Assembly: GCA_946490195.1 (NCBI GenBank)
Contig: CAMLWN010000003.1
Span: 1-52,399, forward strand
Source: an uncultured Mycoplasmatota bacterium
GTDB lineage: Bacteria > Bacillota_I > Bacilli_A > RF39 > UBA660
Direction of reading: 5' to 3'
Length of the DNA stretch: 52,399 bases
Position numbers and translations under genes: made by a program. The notes beneath the pieces are model-generated. The model saw only the letters and a list, made by a program, of their open reading frames with translations. It was not told the DNA's origin and did no database searches. Positions 9,550 to 22,600 of the stretch are shown in pieces (position 1 is the stretch's first letter; each line of letters opens with the position of its first letter).

Positions 9550-10104
9550 ATGAATAAAAAAGGATTTATTTTTATTGAAACGATTATTGTGACAGCTGTT
9601 TTACTAGCATCTTTGATGCTAGTTTATTCCTTGTATGTTTCATCTTTGAGTGCTGAAACTATAAGGATTCGTTATGATGATCCAGTAAAATTATATGAAA
9701 CTTTTTATGTAAAAAAATATTTAGAAAGTTTTAATTTAAATCTTTTAAAAGAAAGAATCAATAATGGAGAACCATATCAAATGATTTATCGAGGTCAAAG
9801 TGATATCTTTGGAAGTTCTTACACTGCTGAAAAAGTATTTTTTGAAAATTTATGGATGGAATTAAATATTCGTAGTATTATTCTAATTCCATATAATGTA
9901 TCTACGTTAGTGGAATGTACATCTTCAAATACCGCGGCTATTTGTTCAAATTCAAGTTTGCTAGGCTATCTAAAAACTTTAGACGATGGAGATGAAAATT
10001 CGTATCGTTTAGTTATTGAATATGCGATGGATGCATCAGGTAATAGCTGTACAAGTAACATTGGGTGCTTTTATTACTATTCCAGCGTAAAGGTAGGTGC
10101 ATGA
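9550..10104 (+). CDS. Type IV prepilin-like protein
   Basis: MNKKG|FIFIE class III signal peptide plus hydrophobic helix; Cys pairs near the C-terminus. Confidence 0.75.
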   Translation: MNKKGFIFIETIIVTAVLLASLMLVYSLYVSSLSAETIRIRYDDPVKLYETFYVKKYLESFNLNLLKERINNGEPYQMIYRGQSDIFGSSYTAEKVFFENLWMELNIRSIILIPYNVSTLVECTSSNTAAICSNSSLLGYLKTLDDGDENSYRLVIEYAMDASGNSCTSNIGCFYYYSSVKVGA

Positions 10105-10105
10105 C

Positions 10106-10726
10106 ATGAATAAAAAAGGTATGACTTTAGTAGAGGTTATTATCAGTGTAGGCTTAATTTCCGTAGTTATGTTATTTTTATTTAATTTGCTTTTAGATAT
10201 GCAATATGAAAATAGTCATGCTTCCTATTTAAAAGAAAATCAAGTAAACAGAGCAACGATTATTAAGACTGTGGAAGAAGATTTAATGAATAATACCTTG
10301 AATGAAGTAAGAATAGAACGTAACGAATCCAATTCAATTATTCGTTTTGATTTTACCACTTTTGTTACAGAACTAACTGTTATGGCAGACAGAATTTCTT
10401 ATGAAGGAGAAACTTGGCTACTTGAAGCGAACGGGAATGATGAAGCATACTATGATTTCGAAAATGTAAAAGTAAATCCGGAACGAGACATAGAAAGTTG
10501 TTCATATAATTTAAATGTCGATTCTGATGGAGATGGAGTGTGTAATTACAACTGTGATACAAATAATAACGGAATTTTAGATGAAAGTGAGCGTTCAACT
10601 GTTAATGAAACTTTTAAATCCTGCTCTTCATTTAAATATTATAAAGTCATTGTTCCAGCTATTACTGGTTCAGAAGATAACATCATTGATGACTTAGAAT
10701 TTTTCTATATCGGAAGAACATTATAA
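10106..10726 (+). CDS. Prepilin-type N-terminal cleavage/methylation protein
   Basis: MNKKG|MTLVE; start reset to ATG 10106 behind AGGTAGG; contains DSDGDG and DTNNNG loops. Confidence 0.8.
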   Translation: MNKKGMTLVEVIISVGLISVVMLFLFNLLLDMQYENSHASYLKENQVNRATIIKTVEEDLMNNTLNEVRIERNESNSIIRFDFTTFVTELTVMADRISYEGETWLLEANGNDEAYYDFENVKVNPERDIESCSYNLNVDSDGDGVCNYNCDTNNNGILDESERSTVNETFKSCSSFKYYKVIVPAITGSEDNIIDDLEFFYIGRTL

Positions 10727-10736
10727 TTAACAAAAG

Positions 10737-10767
10737 AATCTCTTAAAAAACAGAGATTTTTTTCTTT
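10737..10767 (+). terminator. Intrinsic terminator
   Basis: AATCTCT-loop-AGAGATT followed by a T-run. Confidence 0.6.
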
Positions 10768-10870
10768 GTCATATACCAAAGCAATGTTTTTAACATAAGA
10801 ATTTTTGAAAAAAGTTTTCTAAAACTTTAATTTTAAACATATGTATGATATCATTAATGTGGTGATAATG

Positions 10871-11425
10871 ATGTATAGTTATATAAAAGGAATTGTGTGC
10901 GATCAAGAATCTAACTATATTGTGTTAGATAACAACGGGATAGGTTATCATATTTTTGTTGCCAATCCATTTCAATATAAAATAGATGAAGAAGCAAAAG
11001 TTTATATCTATAGTTATATTCGTGAAGATGAATATTCTTTATATGGTTTCTCTTCTAAAGAGGAAAAAGAACTTTTTTTAAAACTTTTAAATGTTAAAGG
11101 AGTAGGTCCTAAACTTATTATGCCTATGCTCGCTACAGGAAGCGTTAATGGAATTATTGATGCAATAGATAGAGAAAACATTTTATATTTAAAGAAATTT
11201 CCTAAAGTAGGCGATAAAGTTGCAAGACAAATTATTTTAGATTTAAAAGGAAAATTAACAGCATCGAATGATACAGCGAATATTGGTGGATTTGATGAAT
11301 TAGTTAGTGTATTAGAAGGATTAGGATATAAAACTATAGATATCAAAAAAATTCTTCCAAATATGGATGCAAACTTAAAAATTGAAGAGCAAGTAAAAGA
11401 AGCATTAAAACTTTTATTGAAGTAA
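10871..11425 (+). CDS. ruvA: Holliday junction branch migration protein RuvA
   Basis: MYSYIKG, IREDEYSLYGF, VKGVGPK, PKVGDKVARQIILDLKGK. Confidence 0.95.
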   Translation: MYSYIKGIVCDQESNYIVLDNNGIGYHIFVANPFQYKIDEEAKVYIYSYIREDEYSLYGFSSKEEKELFLKLLNVKGVGPKLIMPMLATGSVNGIIDAIDRENILYLKKFPKVGDKVARQIILDLKGKLTASNDTANIGGFDELVSVLEGLGYKTIDIKKILPNMDANLKIEEQVKEALKLLLK

Positions 11426-11463
11426 AAATTAAGAAAAATTCGCGATGAGAAAGGAAGATTTTT

Positions 11464-12471
11464 GTGGAAGATGAAAAAATATTAGATGCAGAAGAACAAG
11501 CAAGTGATGGCTTCGAAGCAAATATTCGTCCTCAAAGTTTAAAAGAATATGTTGGACAGGAAGAAATCACAAGCAATTTAAAAGTTTTTATTGAAGCAGC
11601 AAAAATAAGAAATGAATCTTTAGACCATGTTTTGCTTTATGGACCCCCAGGATTAGGAAAAACAACGTTAGCTCACATCATTGCTAATGAGCTAGGCGTA
11701 TCTATTAAAACTGCAAGTGGGCCATCAATTGAAAAAAGTGGGGATTTAGCTGCGGTTTTATCGACTTTAGAACCTGGAGATGTTTTATTTATCGATGAAA
11801 TTCATCGTATGCCAAAGTTTATTGAAGAAATTTTATATCCAGCAATGGAAGATTTTGAGATGGATTTAGTTTTAAATAGTGATGGAAAAAGCAGGAATTT
11901 AAAAATAGATTTACCACCTTTTACTTTGGTAGGAGCAACAACGAGAGCAGGGGATATTTCAAGCCCATTACGTGATCGATTTGGTATTGTTTCAAAATTA
12001 AATTATTATTCGGAAGATGAACTGCTAAAAATTGTAAAACGAACAAGTCGAGTATTTGAAATGCCTATAGAAGATGACGCAGCTAGATTAATTGCTAAGA
12101 GGTGTAGAAAAACGCCACGAATTGCCAATCGTTTATTTAAGCGAGTTCGTGACTTTGCCTTAGTTGGAGGAAAAGAGATTATCGATTACGAACTAGCAGA
12201 TGAATCTTTGAAAAAATTAAAAGTGGATGAATTTGGTTTAGACGCAATTGATATTGAATACCTAACAAGCTTAATTACAAAATTTAACGGAGGACCTGTA
12301 GGAGTCGAAACAATTGCCACATCTATTGGTGAAGAGCCATCTACATTAGAAGATGTAGTGGAACCATTCCTGCTTCAAGAAGGATTTATTAAACGAACTC
12401 CGAGAGGGCGTGTAGCGTGTGAAAAAGCCTATAAGCACCTAAAAATAGATAGGCAAGGTACATTATTTTGA
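11464..12471 (+). CDS. ruvB: Holliday junction ATPase RuvB
   Basis: [41 protein letters not shown]. Confidence 0.97.
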   Translation: MEDEKILDAEEQASDGFEANIRPQSLKEYVGQEEITSNLKVFIEAAKIRNESLDHVLLYGPPGLGKTTLAHIIANELGVSIKTASGPSIEKSGDLAAVLSTLEPGDVLFIDEIHRMPKFIEEILYPAMEDFEMDLVLNSDGKSRNLKIDLPPFTLVGATTRAGDISSPLRDRFGIVSKLNYYSEDELLKIVKRTSRVFEMPIEDDAARLIAKRCRKTPRIANRLFKRVRDFALVGGKEIIDYELADESLKKLKVDEFGLDAIDIEYLTSLITKFNGGPVGVETIATSIGEEPSTLEDVVEPFLLQEGFIKRTPRGRVACEKAYKHLKIDRQGTLF

Positions 12472-13247
12472 AAAATTTGTGTAAAATAATTGCTCCAAGT
12501 ACAGAAAATGAGATTTTTCTTCCATATTACTTATTAGAACAATATTGTCAAAACATTGTGAAAGAATACTTAGAAAATTCAGAAATTTCCGAAAAAGAAA
12601 GATTAGAAAGAAAAAAAACATATTTTCTTCATCAAAAAAATTATAAAACATTTTCTCCGTATTTTGACTTTGTGTTTATAAAGTTAGGGTATATTTTAGA
12701 AAATCCCATGTTACTTTTAAATACAAGATTAGAATGGAATAAAGAAACCGAAGAGTATTATGTAAAGTATTTAGGAAATAGTAAAGAACTTCCAGTTTAT
12801 TATCGAATTTCTTTAGGAAATCCAATTTTTATTGAAGGATGCGAATCAAATATTGTATGCAATAATCTTCCTGAAAATTTAGAAGAATTACCAGAGTGTT
12901 TTCTTGATGAAGACTGCCATATCATATATTTAAATAATGACTTTGCTTTTCATAATTTTTGGGCAAATATGTGGATTCATCAGATGCTTATGTCAGATAA
13001 AAACTTTTGTTTAGAATATATGAAAAATATTGATGAATATGGCATTCTAGAAAGAGACTCTGCTTCGTTTTTAATGGAATTTTATCCGTGGATGAGATTA
13101 GCCAGAATAGCTTTAAACATGCATGAAGAAACAATGCTTCTAGTTTTTAATTCACTACATGCATCTTTAAAACAAAAAAATCTTATTCATGAATTGCAAG
13201 ATAAAAAATTATTATTAAATAGATTTTTGAAAGATATGAACGATTAA
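12468..13247 (+). CDS. Hypothetical protein
   Basis: 259-aa ORF overlapping the ruvB stop; no motif recognised. Confidence 0.6.
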   Translation: MKNLCKIIAPSTENEIFLPYYLLEQYCQNIVKEYLENSEISEKERLERKKTYFLHQKNYKTFSPYFDFVFIKLGYILENPMLLLNTRLEWNKETEEYYVKYLGNSKELPVYYRISLGNPIFIEGCESNIVCNNLPENLEELPECFLDEDCHIIYLNNDFAFHNFWANMWIHQMLMSDKNFCLEYMKNIDEYGILERDSASFLMEFYPWMRLARIALNMHEETMLLVFNSLHASLKQKNLIHELQDKKLLLNRFLKDMND

Positions 13248-13265
13248 CATAGAAAGAAGGGTTTT

Positions 13266-14120
13266 ATGGGAATAATTATAGACGGAAAAACTTTAGCTAA
13301 AGAAAAAAGAGAAGAGCTAAAAAAGAAAGTACAAGAATTAAAAGACAAAGAAGAAATTGTTCCGGGTTTAGCTATTATTCGTGTAGGAAATGATCCGGCT
13401 AGCGAAATATATGTTCGAAATAAATTAAAAGCATGTCAAGAAGTCGGGATTCATGCGGTAGAACAGCATTTTGATGAAAACGCTAGTGAGCAAGAAATTA
13501 TTGAGAGGATTGAATTTTTCAATCAGGAAAAATCTATAGATGGAATTTTAGTTCAAAGTCCTTTACCTAAAAACTTAAATGAGAAAAAAATTGTTTCCTT
13601 TATTTTAGGTAGTAAAGATGTAGATGGTTTTGGAATAAATAATCTAGGACATTTATTAGCAAATCAAGAACAAGTCTTGGCCGCGACACCATTGGGAATT
13701 TTACACCTGCTAGAAAAATATGAAATTCCGATTGCTTCAAAAAATGTTTTGGTGATTGGCCGAAGTCAAATTGTAGGAAGACCTCTTGCCATTATGTTTT
13801 TAAATCGAGATGCAACGGTGACTATTGCTCATTCTAAAACAAAAAATCTAAAAGAGCTTACTTTACAAGCAGATATTTTGGTTTCTGCAGTTGGGCGCCC
13901 TCATTTTATAACTGCGGATATGGTTAAAGAAGGTGCTGTATGTATCGATGTAGGAATCAACCGGGAAAATGGACATGTCATCGGAGATACGGATTTTGAT
14001 ACTATAAAAGAAAAAGCGTCTTTTATTACACCAGTACCCGGTGGAGTAGGACCAATGACAGTTGCAACCTTATTAGAAAATGTCTACGAGTTAGCCTCAA
14101 CAAGAAAGAAGGAAAAATAG
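13266..14120 (+). CDS. folD: Methylene-THF dehydrogenase/cyclohydrolase
   Basis: [43 protein letters not shown]. Confidence 0.96.
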   Translation: MGIIIDGKTLAKEKREELKKKVQELKDKEEIVPGLAIIRVGNDPASEIYVRNKLKACQEVGIHAVEQHFDENASEQEIIERIEFFNQEKSIDGILVQSPLPKNLNEKKIVSFILGSKDVDGFGINNLGHLLANQEQVLAATPLGILHLLEKYEIPIASKNVLVIGRSQIVGRPLAIMFLNRDATVTIAHSKTKNLKELTLQADILVSAVGRPHFITADMVKEGAVCIDVGINRENGHVIGDTDFDTIKEKASFITPVPGGVGPMTVATLLENVYELASTRKKEK

Positions 14121-15331
14121 TGGATTCAAAGATTACGGAAATTTTAAAAAAAGAAGAAAAAAGACAAAAAGAAAACATTGAATTGATTGCTTCAGAAAAT
14201 TATGCTTCAGAATATGTTCGAGCTTTACAAGGAAGTATTTTTACAAATAAATATGCTGAGGGATATCCCGGAAAAAGATACTATGGTGGCTGTGAATATA
14301 TCGATGAAATGGAGAATTTAGCTATCTCTTATGTATGCCAATTATTTAATGTGAAGTATGCAAATGTACAACCTCATTCCGGTTCAAGCGCGAATATGGC
14401 TGTGTATCGCACATTACTAAAAAAAGGCGATAAAGTATTGGGAATGAATCTATCTAACGGAGGACATCTGACTCATGGTCATAAAATGAGTTTTAGTGGT
14501 CAGGACTATGAAATAGTCTCATATGACATTGATCCAGATACAGAAATGCTTAATTATGATGAAATTCGTAAACTTGCTTTGCAAGAAAAACCCAAAATGA
14601 TTATTGCAGGAGCTAGTGCTTATTCTAGAATTATTGATTTTAAAAAATTTCGGGAAATTGCTGATGAAGTAGGTGCATATTTATTTGTAGATATGGCTCA
14701 TATTGCAGGATTAGTTGCAGCAAGACTTCATCCAAATCCTTGTTTGTATGCAGATGTCGTAACATCAACTACGCATAAAACTCTACGAGGACCAAGAGGT
14801 GGAATTATCTTAACGAATAATGAAGAGCTTGCCAAAAAAATAAATAAAACCGTTTTTCCAGGAATTCAAGGAGGACCTTTAGAACATGTAATCGCTGCCA
14901 AAGCGCAGTGCTTTTATGAGGCTCTTCAACCAGAATTTATTGATTATCAAAAGCAAGTTTTAAAAAATATGCAAGCTTTAATTGGAGTATTAAAAGAAGC
15001 AGATTTTAAAATAATTTCAAACGGCTCTGATAATCATTTGATCCTTGTTGACGTGAAAACTTCTTGTGGTTTAACCGGAAAAGAAGCCGAAGAACTTTTA
15101 GATAAAATACATATAACCGTGAATAAAAATACAATTCCAAATGAAACAGAAAGCCCAATGATTACAAGTGGAATAAGAATAGGAACTCCAGCGATGACTA
15201 CTAGAGGATTTAAAGAAAAAGAATTTAAAAAAGTGGGAGAAATTATGGTAAAAGCTTTAAAAAATAGTCAAGATGAAAAACAATTACAAGAATTAAAAAA
15301 AGAAGTTTTAGACTTAACAAGCCAATTTTAA
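14120..15331 (+). CDS. glyA: Serine hydroxymethyltransferase
   Basis: [40 protein letters not shown]. Confidence 0.98.
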   Translation: MDSKITEILKKEEKRQKENIELIASENYASEYVRALQGSIFTNKYAEGYPGKRYYGGCEYIDEMENLAISYVCQLFNVKYANVQPHSGSSANMAVYRTLLKKGDKVLGMNLSNGGHLTHGHKMSFSGQDYEIVSYDIDPDTEMLNYDEIRKLALQEKPKMIIAGASAYSRIIDFKKFREIADEVGAYLFVDMAHIAGLVAARLHPNPCLYADVVTSTTHKTLRGPRGGIILTNNEELAKKINKTVFPGIQGGPLEHVIAAKAQCFYEALQPEFIDYQKQVLKNMQALIGVLKEADFKIISNGSDNHLILVDVKTSCGLTGKEAEELLDKIHITVNKNTIPNETESPMITSGIRIGTPAMTTRGFKEKEFKKVGEIMVKALKNSQDEKQLQELKKEVLDLTSQF

Positions 15332-15343
15332 TGATAGTAGAAA

Positions 15344-15937
15344 GTGAGTTTAAATAAAATAATGAAAAACAAATTAATTATTGTAGAAGGACCTCAAGGA
15401 ACGGGAAAAACAACATTAACAAATTACTTAAGAGAAAAATTATCTAGTTCAAATTTATACCGACTTAGTGGGCAAAAAGATAAGTCTAAAAAAGGAAAAA
15501 AATACAGTTATGAAATGTATTCTGCTTTGTTAGATTATCTTTCAAAAATGCAGGAAATACCTATGGATCTTATTTTCGACCGAACTTTTTTTACAGAAGA
15601 GATTTATGCTCGGTTAGGTTACAAAGATTATAGCTTTTCAGACATTTATGAGGAACTTTTAAAAAAATTCAATCAATTAAATTATGATAAATATTTACTT
15701 ATTCTTTATTTAAAAAATACAGAGCTTTATCGCAAAAGATTAGAAAGGGATTTTCACCATAATTATCAAACATTTAGTATAGAGAATAGTGAAAACCAAC
15801 AACAAGCATATATGATTTTAGGCGAGGAAATAATGCAGAATAAAGAAAATACGGTTAAAGTAATTTATTTGCCTATGGATGATTTTGAACAAGCTTATAA
15901 TCAAATTGACCATCTTTTTGGAGGTGAAGATAGTTGA
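15344..15937 (+). CDS. Thymidylate-kinase-like P-loop nucleoside monophosphate kinase
   Basis: [26 protein letters not shown]. Confidence 0.75.
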   Translation: MSLNKIMKNKLIIVEGPQGTGKTTLTNYLREKLSSSNLYRLSGQKDKSKKGKKYSYEMYSALLDYLSKMQEIPMDLIFDRTFFTEEIYARLGYKDYSFSDIYEELLKKFNQLNYDKYLLILYLKNTELYRKRLERDFHHNYQTFSIENSENQQQAYMILGEEIMQNKENTVKVIYLPMDDFEQAYNQIDHLFGGEDS

Positions 15938-16983
15938 GTACAGAAGATTTTAATTATGATTTACCAGAATACTTAATTGCTCAAACGCCATTAAAAGATC
16001 GATCTTCATCAAGACTTTTAGTTATGGATCGAGATACCGGAGAAATTGAGCATAAACATTTTACAGACATTATTGACTACTTAGTTCCTGGAGATGTTTT
16101 GGTAATTAATGATACAAAAGTTATACCAGCAAGATTAATTGGTGAAAAAGAAGAAACCAAAGCGGTAATTGAACTTCTTCTTTTAAAAGAATTAGGTAAC
16201 GATGAATGGGAATGTCTTTCTAGACCGTTTAAAAGATTGCACGTAGGAACGAAAATTTCTTTTGGTAATGGTTTATTAGAAGCAGTTGTTACAGAAAAAA
16301 TGAGTGAAGGAATTGTCCATGTAAAATTTAATTATCAAGGAATCTTTTTAGAAATTTTAGATAAACTTGGCGAGATGCCATTACCTCCTTATATTCACGA
16401 AAAATTAGAAGATAAAAACCGTTATCAAACGGTTTATGCAAAGAATGTAGGAAGTGCAGCAGCTCCAACAGCAGGACTTCATTTTACAGAAGAACTGCTA
16501 AAAAAAATTAAGGAAAAAGGAATCATTATTACAAATGTAACTTTACATGTTGGCTTAGGAACATTCAGGCCAGTTGAAGTTGAAGATGTAACAAAGCACC
16601 ATATGCATAGTGAATTTTATGAAATGAGTGAAGAAACCGCGGATATTCTAAATCAAGCTAAAAAAGAAAAAAGAAGAATCATTGCAGTTGGGACTACTTC
16701 AACAAGAACACTTGAAACCATTATGCATACCTATCATGAATTTAAAGCTTGCCATGGTAATACGGATATTTTCATTTATCCAGGCTTTGAATTTCAAGCG
16801 ATTGATTGTTTAATTACCAATTTTCATTTACCAAAAAGTACATTGGTAATGCTAGTAAGTGCATTTTCATCCAAAGAAAAAATTCTTCATGCTTATGAAG
16901 AGGCTATAAAAGAGGAATATCGTTTCTTTTCTTTTGGAGATGCAATGTTTATTAAGAAAAATAATAAGAAAGGAGAAAAATAA
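15934..16983 (+). CDS. queA: S-adenosylmethionine:tRNA ribosyltransferase-isomerase
   Basis: [56 protein letters not shown]. Confidence 0.98.
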   Translation: MSTEDFNYDLPEYLIAQTPLKDRSSSRLLVMDRDTGEIEHKHFTDIIDYLVPGDVLVINDTKVIPARLIGEKEETKAVIELLLLKELGNDEWECLSRPFKRLHVGTKISFGNGLLEAVVTEKMSEGIVHVKFNYQGIFLEILDKLGEMPLPPYIHEKLEDKNRYQTVYAKNVGSAAAPTAGLHFTEELLKKIKEKGIIITNVTLHVGLGTFRPVEVEDVTKHHMHSEFYEMSEETADILNQAKKEKRRIIAVGTTSTRTLETIMHTYHEFKACHGNTDIFIYPGFEFQAIDCLITNFHLPKSTLVMLVSAFSSKEKILHAYEEAIKEEYRFFSFGDAMFIKKNNKKGEK

Positions 16984-17492
16984 TGGATATTTCACAATAC
17001 TTAATGATATTAATTCCATATAATCAAGAAGATGAAATAGAAAAACAGCCTTATAAAATAGGTAAGCGTGAACATCGAGAATTTTGTCAAGAAATGATAA
17101 AAAAATATAAAATGGTTCACATGGGAGGAGAAAGTCACATTGATTATGCAAGAACTTTTAATTCATACGGTTTTACTGTAGTTTTTAGCTCTGGAGCAAA
17201 AGTGAATGGTAAACTTTTTGCATCAATTTTTCTGCCTGAGAATATGAGTTCGTATCAAATAGATTTTCTCTATGAAAGTAAAGAAGACTTTCAAAAAAAA
17301 TACCATGAAATAGTAAATTTATTTGAAACCTTAGTTTTTACAACCAAACCATTATCATATAATAGTGGCTATAAAGATTTTAGAAACCTAACAATAGAAG
17401 CAATTATAAATCGCAATCCGAATCAAAAAAATGGTCAAATTTTGTTATATGAAGAACTAGCAAAAAGAAAAGAAGAAGTGTTAAAAAGATAA
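16983..17492 (+). CDS. Hypothetical protein
   Basis: 169 aa, coupled to the queA stop; AAGGAG RBS; ends KRKEEVLKR. Confidence 0.6.
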   Translation: MDISQYLMILIPYNQEDEIEKQPYKIGKREHREFCQEMIKKYKMVHMGGESHIDYARTFNSYGFTVVFSSGAKVNGKLFASIFLPENMSSYQIDFLYESKEDFQKKYHEIVNLFETLVFTTKPLSYNSGYKDFRNLTIEAIINRNPNQKNGQILLYEELAKRKEEVLKR

Positions 17493-17512
17493 TCCTTTTA
17501 ACACTTCTTTTT
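17474..17512. terminator. Bidirectional terminator
   Basis: AGAAGTGTTAAAA / TTTTAACACTTCT 13-bp stem between convergent genes. Confidence 0.7.
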
Positions 17513-17517
17513 GTTAA

Positions 17518-17959
17518 CTACTTTTTTAAACTCGATAACTTAGTATTTGCACATGTTCGAACACGTCTTTGATTTTGAATACTTGTAGGAATGTATGTAT
17601 CTCTTGTACCATGTAATTGAGTTAAAAATGGTAAATCAATTTCGCTGTATGCTGCTTGATTCTCGATAAAACCAGTATGTTTATTTATTTTCCAAGGTAA
17701 GGACTTATGAGCTTCGTACAACAAAATAGCGTCTTCTAAAACTTGTATGCGAGCAATTCTATGAGTTGAATAATGCTTTAATATATTTGGACTTCTATTT
17801 GTTTTTAGTTCCTCTAATAGGTAAATACTCCCAATTATTCTCGATTTTTGCAAAAACTTTATTATCACAAAGTAGAATTTCTAATGGGGAAACCTGAGTT
17901 TGCTCTTCACTCATATTTTGAAAATGATGATTTTCAAATTCGCTTAATGAATTTTGCAT
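17518..17959 (-). pseudogene. Hypothetical gene apparently split by a 1-nt frameshift
   Basis: ATG at 17959 with GAAAGAAGG RBS opens 54 aa (stop 17795-17797), overlapping the 17518-17868 ORF in the +1 frame; total 442 nt = 3n+1. Confidence 0.45.
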
Positions 17960-18060
17960 GTAATATACCTTCTTTCCAAGAATATGTTACTAAAATTTTA
18001 CTAAAAATACAAGTTATAAGTATTGGAGCTATGTAATGAATATGATATAATTTTATTTAA

Positions 18061-19495
<1,435 letters not shown>

Positions 19496-19556
19496 AATTT
19501 ATAAGTGAAAAATTAAATAGATTCACGAATTATAATGATTTAAAGTGTATTGTGAT

Positions 19557-19589
19557 AAAATTATCTTAGGAAACTAGGATAATTTTTTT
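19557..19589 (+). terminator. Intrinsic terminator
   Basis: AAAATTATCTTAG-GAAA-CTAGGATAATTTT plus T-run. Confidence 0.7.
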
Positions 19590-19683
19590 GGATAAGAAGA
19601 GGTAGAAAAAATGCCAGAATATTGATATAATATGATAAGAGTATAAAGGCTAAAAAAGACCATACTACATAAAGAGGGATGCT

Positions 19684-22600
19684 ATGAAGAAGAAAGTTTT
19701 GTTCATTCTATTAGTATTAATTGTTCTAACCAGTATTCTAGGCATCAGCTATGCAAGTTGGTTGTTTAGAGACAAGCAAAAGGATTTTAATACATTGGGA
19801 AGTAAATGCTTTGAATTAACAATGATGAATGAAAGTGAAGGAATCAGCTTATCAAAAACATATCCCATAAGTGATGAAGAAGGACTATCTACAACAGGAT
19901 ATACTTTTACGATAAAAAACACTTGTAATACCCATGCAATCTATGAAGTAAATCTAGAAGACATGTTGGTAGAAGAAAAGAGATTGTCAGGAGAATATAT
20001 CAAAGTATCGATAAATGATGGAACACCTATGAATTTAAAAAACTTAGAAGAAAAAGAAGCACATATAGAAGAATCAGATAAATCTTATGAATTAACCAGT
20101 GGTTCTCTAGGACCAGAAGAAGAAACGACATATACAATCAAACTATGGATGGACGAAAGTACTCCAGCCATAGAAGAAACAATGAATGCAACATTCTTAA
20201 GTAAAATCAGTATCGAAGCAGGATATACTCCAGAAGAGAATTTGGAAAATGAAATTACTTTACAAGCAAAAAGTATAACCGAAAGCTTAAATAATAAAAG
20301 TGAAGTCTTTGAAATCACAGGAACAAGTACAAACTATAATCTAATCGAATATAGTTTAGATAAGAGTCATTGGAGTAGAATAGAAAGTCCAAGTAAAAAT
20401 GTCACAATAACTCAAGAATTTACAGAAGAAGGAAAGCATGCTTTCTATATAAGAGATGAAGTAGGAAATATAAAAGAGATAGAGATTCAAACAACTAAAC
20501 TAGATAAAACAGTACCAGAAATAAAAATAGAAGAAACAGATAACCAAGAGAATGTGGAATTACATATCACATTTACAGACAATGAGGAATTAGGAGGATA
20601 TGCCATAACCGAAAGTTCTGAAGAACCAACAGAATGGACAAGTATAGAAGGAAAAGAAACCACGATAGAGTATACTTTAACAGAGAATACCACATATTAT
20701 ATCTGGGTAAAAGACAGTGTAGGAAATATCAGTTATCAAAAATACAGTACAGATACAATAGATACTCAAGCGCCAGAGTTAACCATTACAAATACATTAA
20801 CAGACTGGGGAGTAAAGGATACAATTACTATTAAAGCCACAGATGATGTAGTAGGCATCAGTGGAATCAGTATAAGTAAAGTAGAGGGAACATATAATTG
20901 GGAAGTTGTAGAAAACACATTAAGTTATGAAACAACGAAAGAAGTTACAGAAAATGGAACCTATTATATTTCAGTAAGAGATGCATATGGGCATATTACA
21001 ACCAAGAGTATTGTGATCGATAAGATAGATGATATCCTTCCAACCATAGAGAATTTACAAACCTCAACAGAATGGGGAAAAACGAATCAAATAACAGGAA
21101 GTTTAAAAGATCCAGAAAGTGGATTAAGTGGATATCAAATAACGAAAGAGAAAATAGAACCAGAAGAATATATTGAAATAAATGGAACAAGTTATGAATT
21201 AAATTATGAAGTAAGTGAAAACGGAACGTACTATATTTGGGTCAAAGACAGTGTAGGAAATGTTTATCAAACGGAAGTTGAAGTAACCAAAGTAGATAAT
21301 ACAGCTCCAGTATTGTCTAGTGTAACTAATAGTAGTAATGGTTCATGGGCTCAAAGTATCACATTAAGCTGGGATATAGAAGAGAGTGGAAGTGGAATAA
21401 AGAGTGTTGAGTGGAGATTAAATGACGACTCAACATGGGGTTCATTTGGACAAAATGAATGGTATGGAATAACCAGAACCAATGAACGAAATGATACGAT
21501 TTATATTCGAGTTACAGACAATGCCGGAAATGTGAGTAATATAGAGAGTACAGTTTTAAAAATAGATAGAACAGTTCCAAGTGCACCTGTGATAACAAAT
21601 AGCAAGAATAATGTATGGAGTAAAGATGCTGTTCCTGTAAGTATGAAATCTACAGATAGTCGTTCAGGAATAGCAAGATATGAATGGTATGAAAATGGTT
21701 CATGGACTACAAGAGCTATTAGTATAAGTGATGGAATAGGAAGTATCACATATACAAATCAAAGAAATGAAACAATAAGGATACGAGCAGTAGATAATGC
21801 AGGAAATGTATCTAGTGAAAGTACTACTATAGTTAAGTTAGATACAACGAATCCAACAGCTAAGATAAGTGCCAGTGTAAGTGGAAATAATATAAGAGTA
21901 AGTGCCAGTGGTAGTAGTGATACCAATAGCGGGATAAAAAATTATCAATATAGCCGAGATAATTCAACGTGGTATACAAGTACAAGTGATAGCTATACAT
22001 TTACAGGGCTTGTTGATGGATCATACACAGTATATGTTAAAGTTACAGATAACTCAGGTAGAACAAGTAGTGTAGTAAGCACAACAACAGTAGTTGCATA
22101 TACAAATGTATACGTATCATCAAGTGGTAATGACTCGAGTGGTAATGGTTCATCATCAAAACCATATGCAACACTTGCTAAAGCCTATAGTCAAGTAAAA
22201 AGCGGTGGGAATATCCTTTTGTTAAGCAATACAACTGCATCTTCAACCGCCAATTTTAATACAGCGAGCAAGTCAGTAACCCTAAAAAGTAATGGTAGTA
22301 GTGTATATACTATAACAAGAGCATCAAGCTTAACTGGTGGAGGAATTCTTTCAATTTCTAATAAAAATAATGTAACTATTAGCAATATTACTTTTAACGG
22401 AAATAATGTAAGTTCAACATCAGCATTAGTGTCAGCATCTGGAAGTTCTACCCTAAATTTAAACAGCGGAACAACCGTTCAAAATGCAGTAAATACCAAA
22501 GAATATGCTGGTGGCGGAGTAAATGTTACAGAAAGCAGTACCATTAATGTAAATGGAGCTACAATCAAAAATAATAAATCTGCAAATCAAGGAGCGGGAC

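Noticed and set aside
17917-17938. Inverted repeat TTTGAAAAT-GATG-ATTTTCAAA as a Fur-like operator
   Set aside because: Spacing does not fit the 7-1-7 Fur box, it is all low-complexity AT sequence, and it lies in the probable 5' coding part of the frameshifted gene.
17848-18036. 62-aa plus-strand ORF before tgt
   Set aside because: TTG start without RBS; overlaps the better-supported minus-strand start at 17959 and its promoter.
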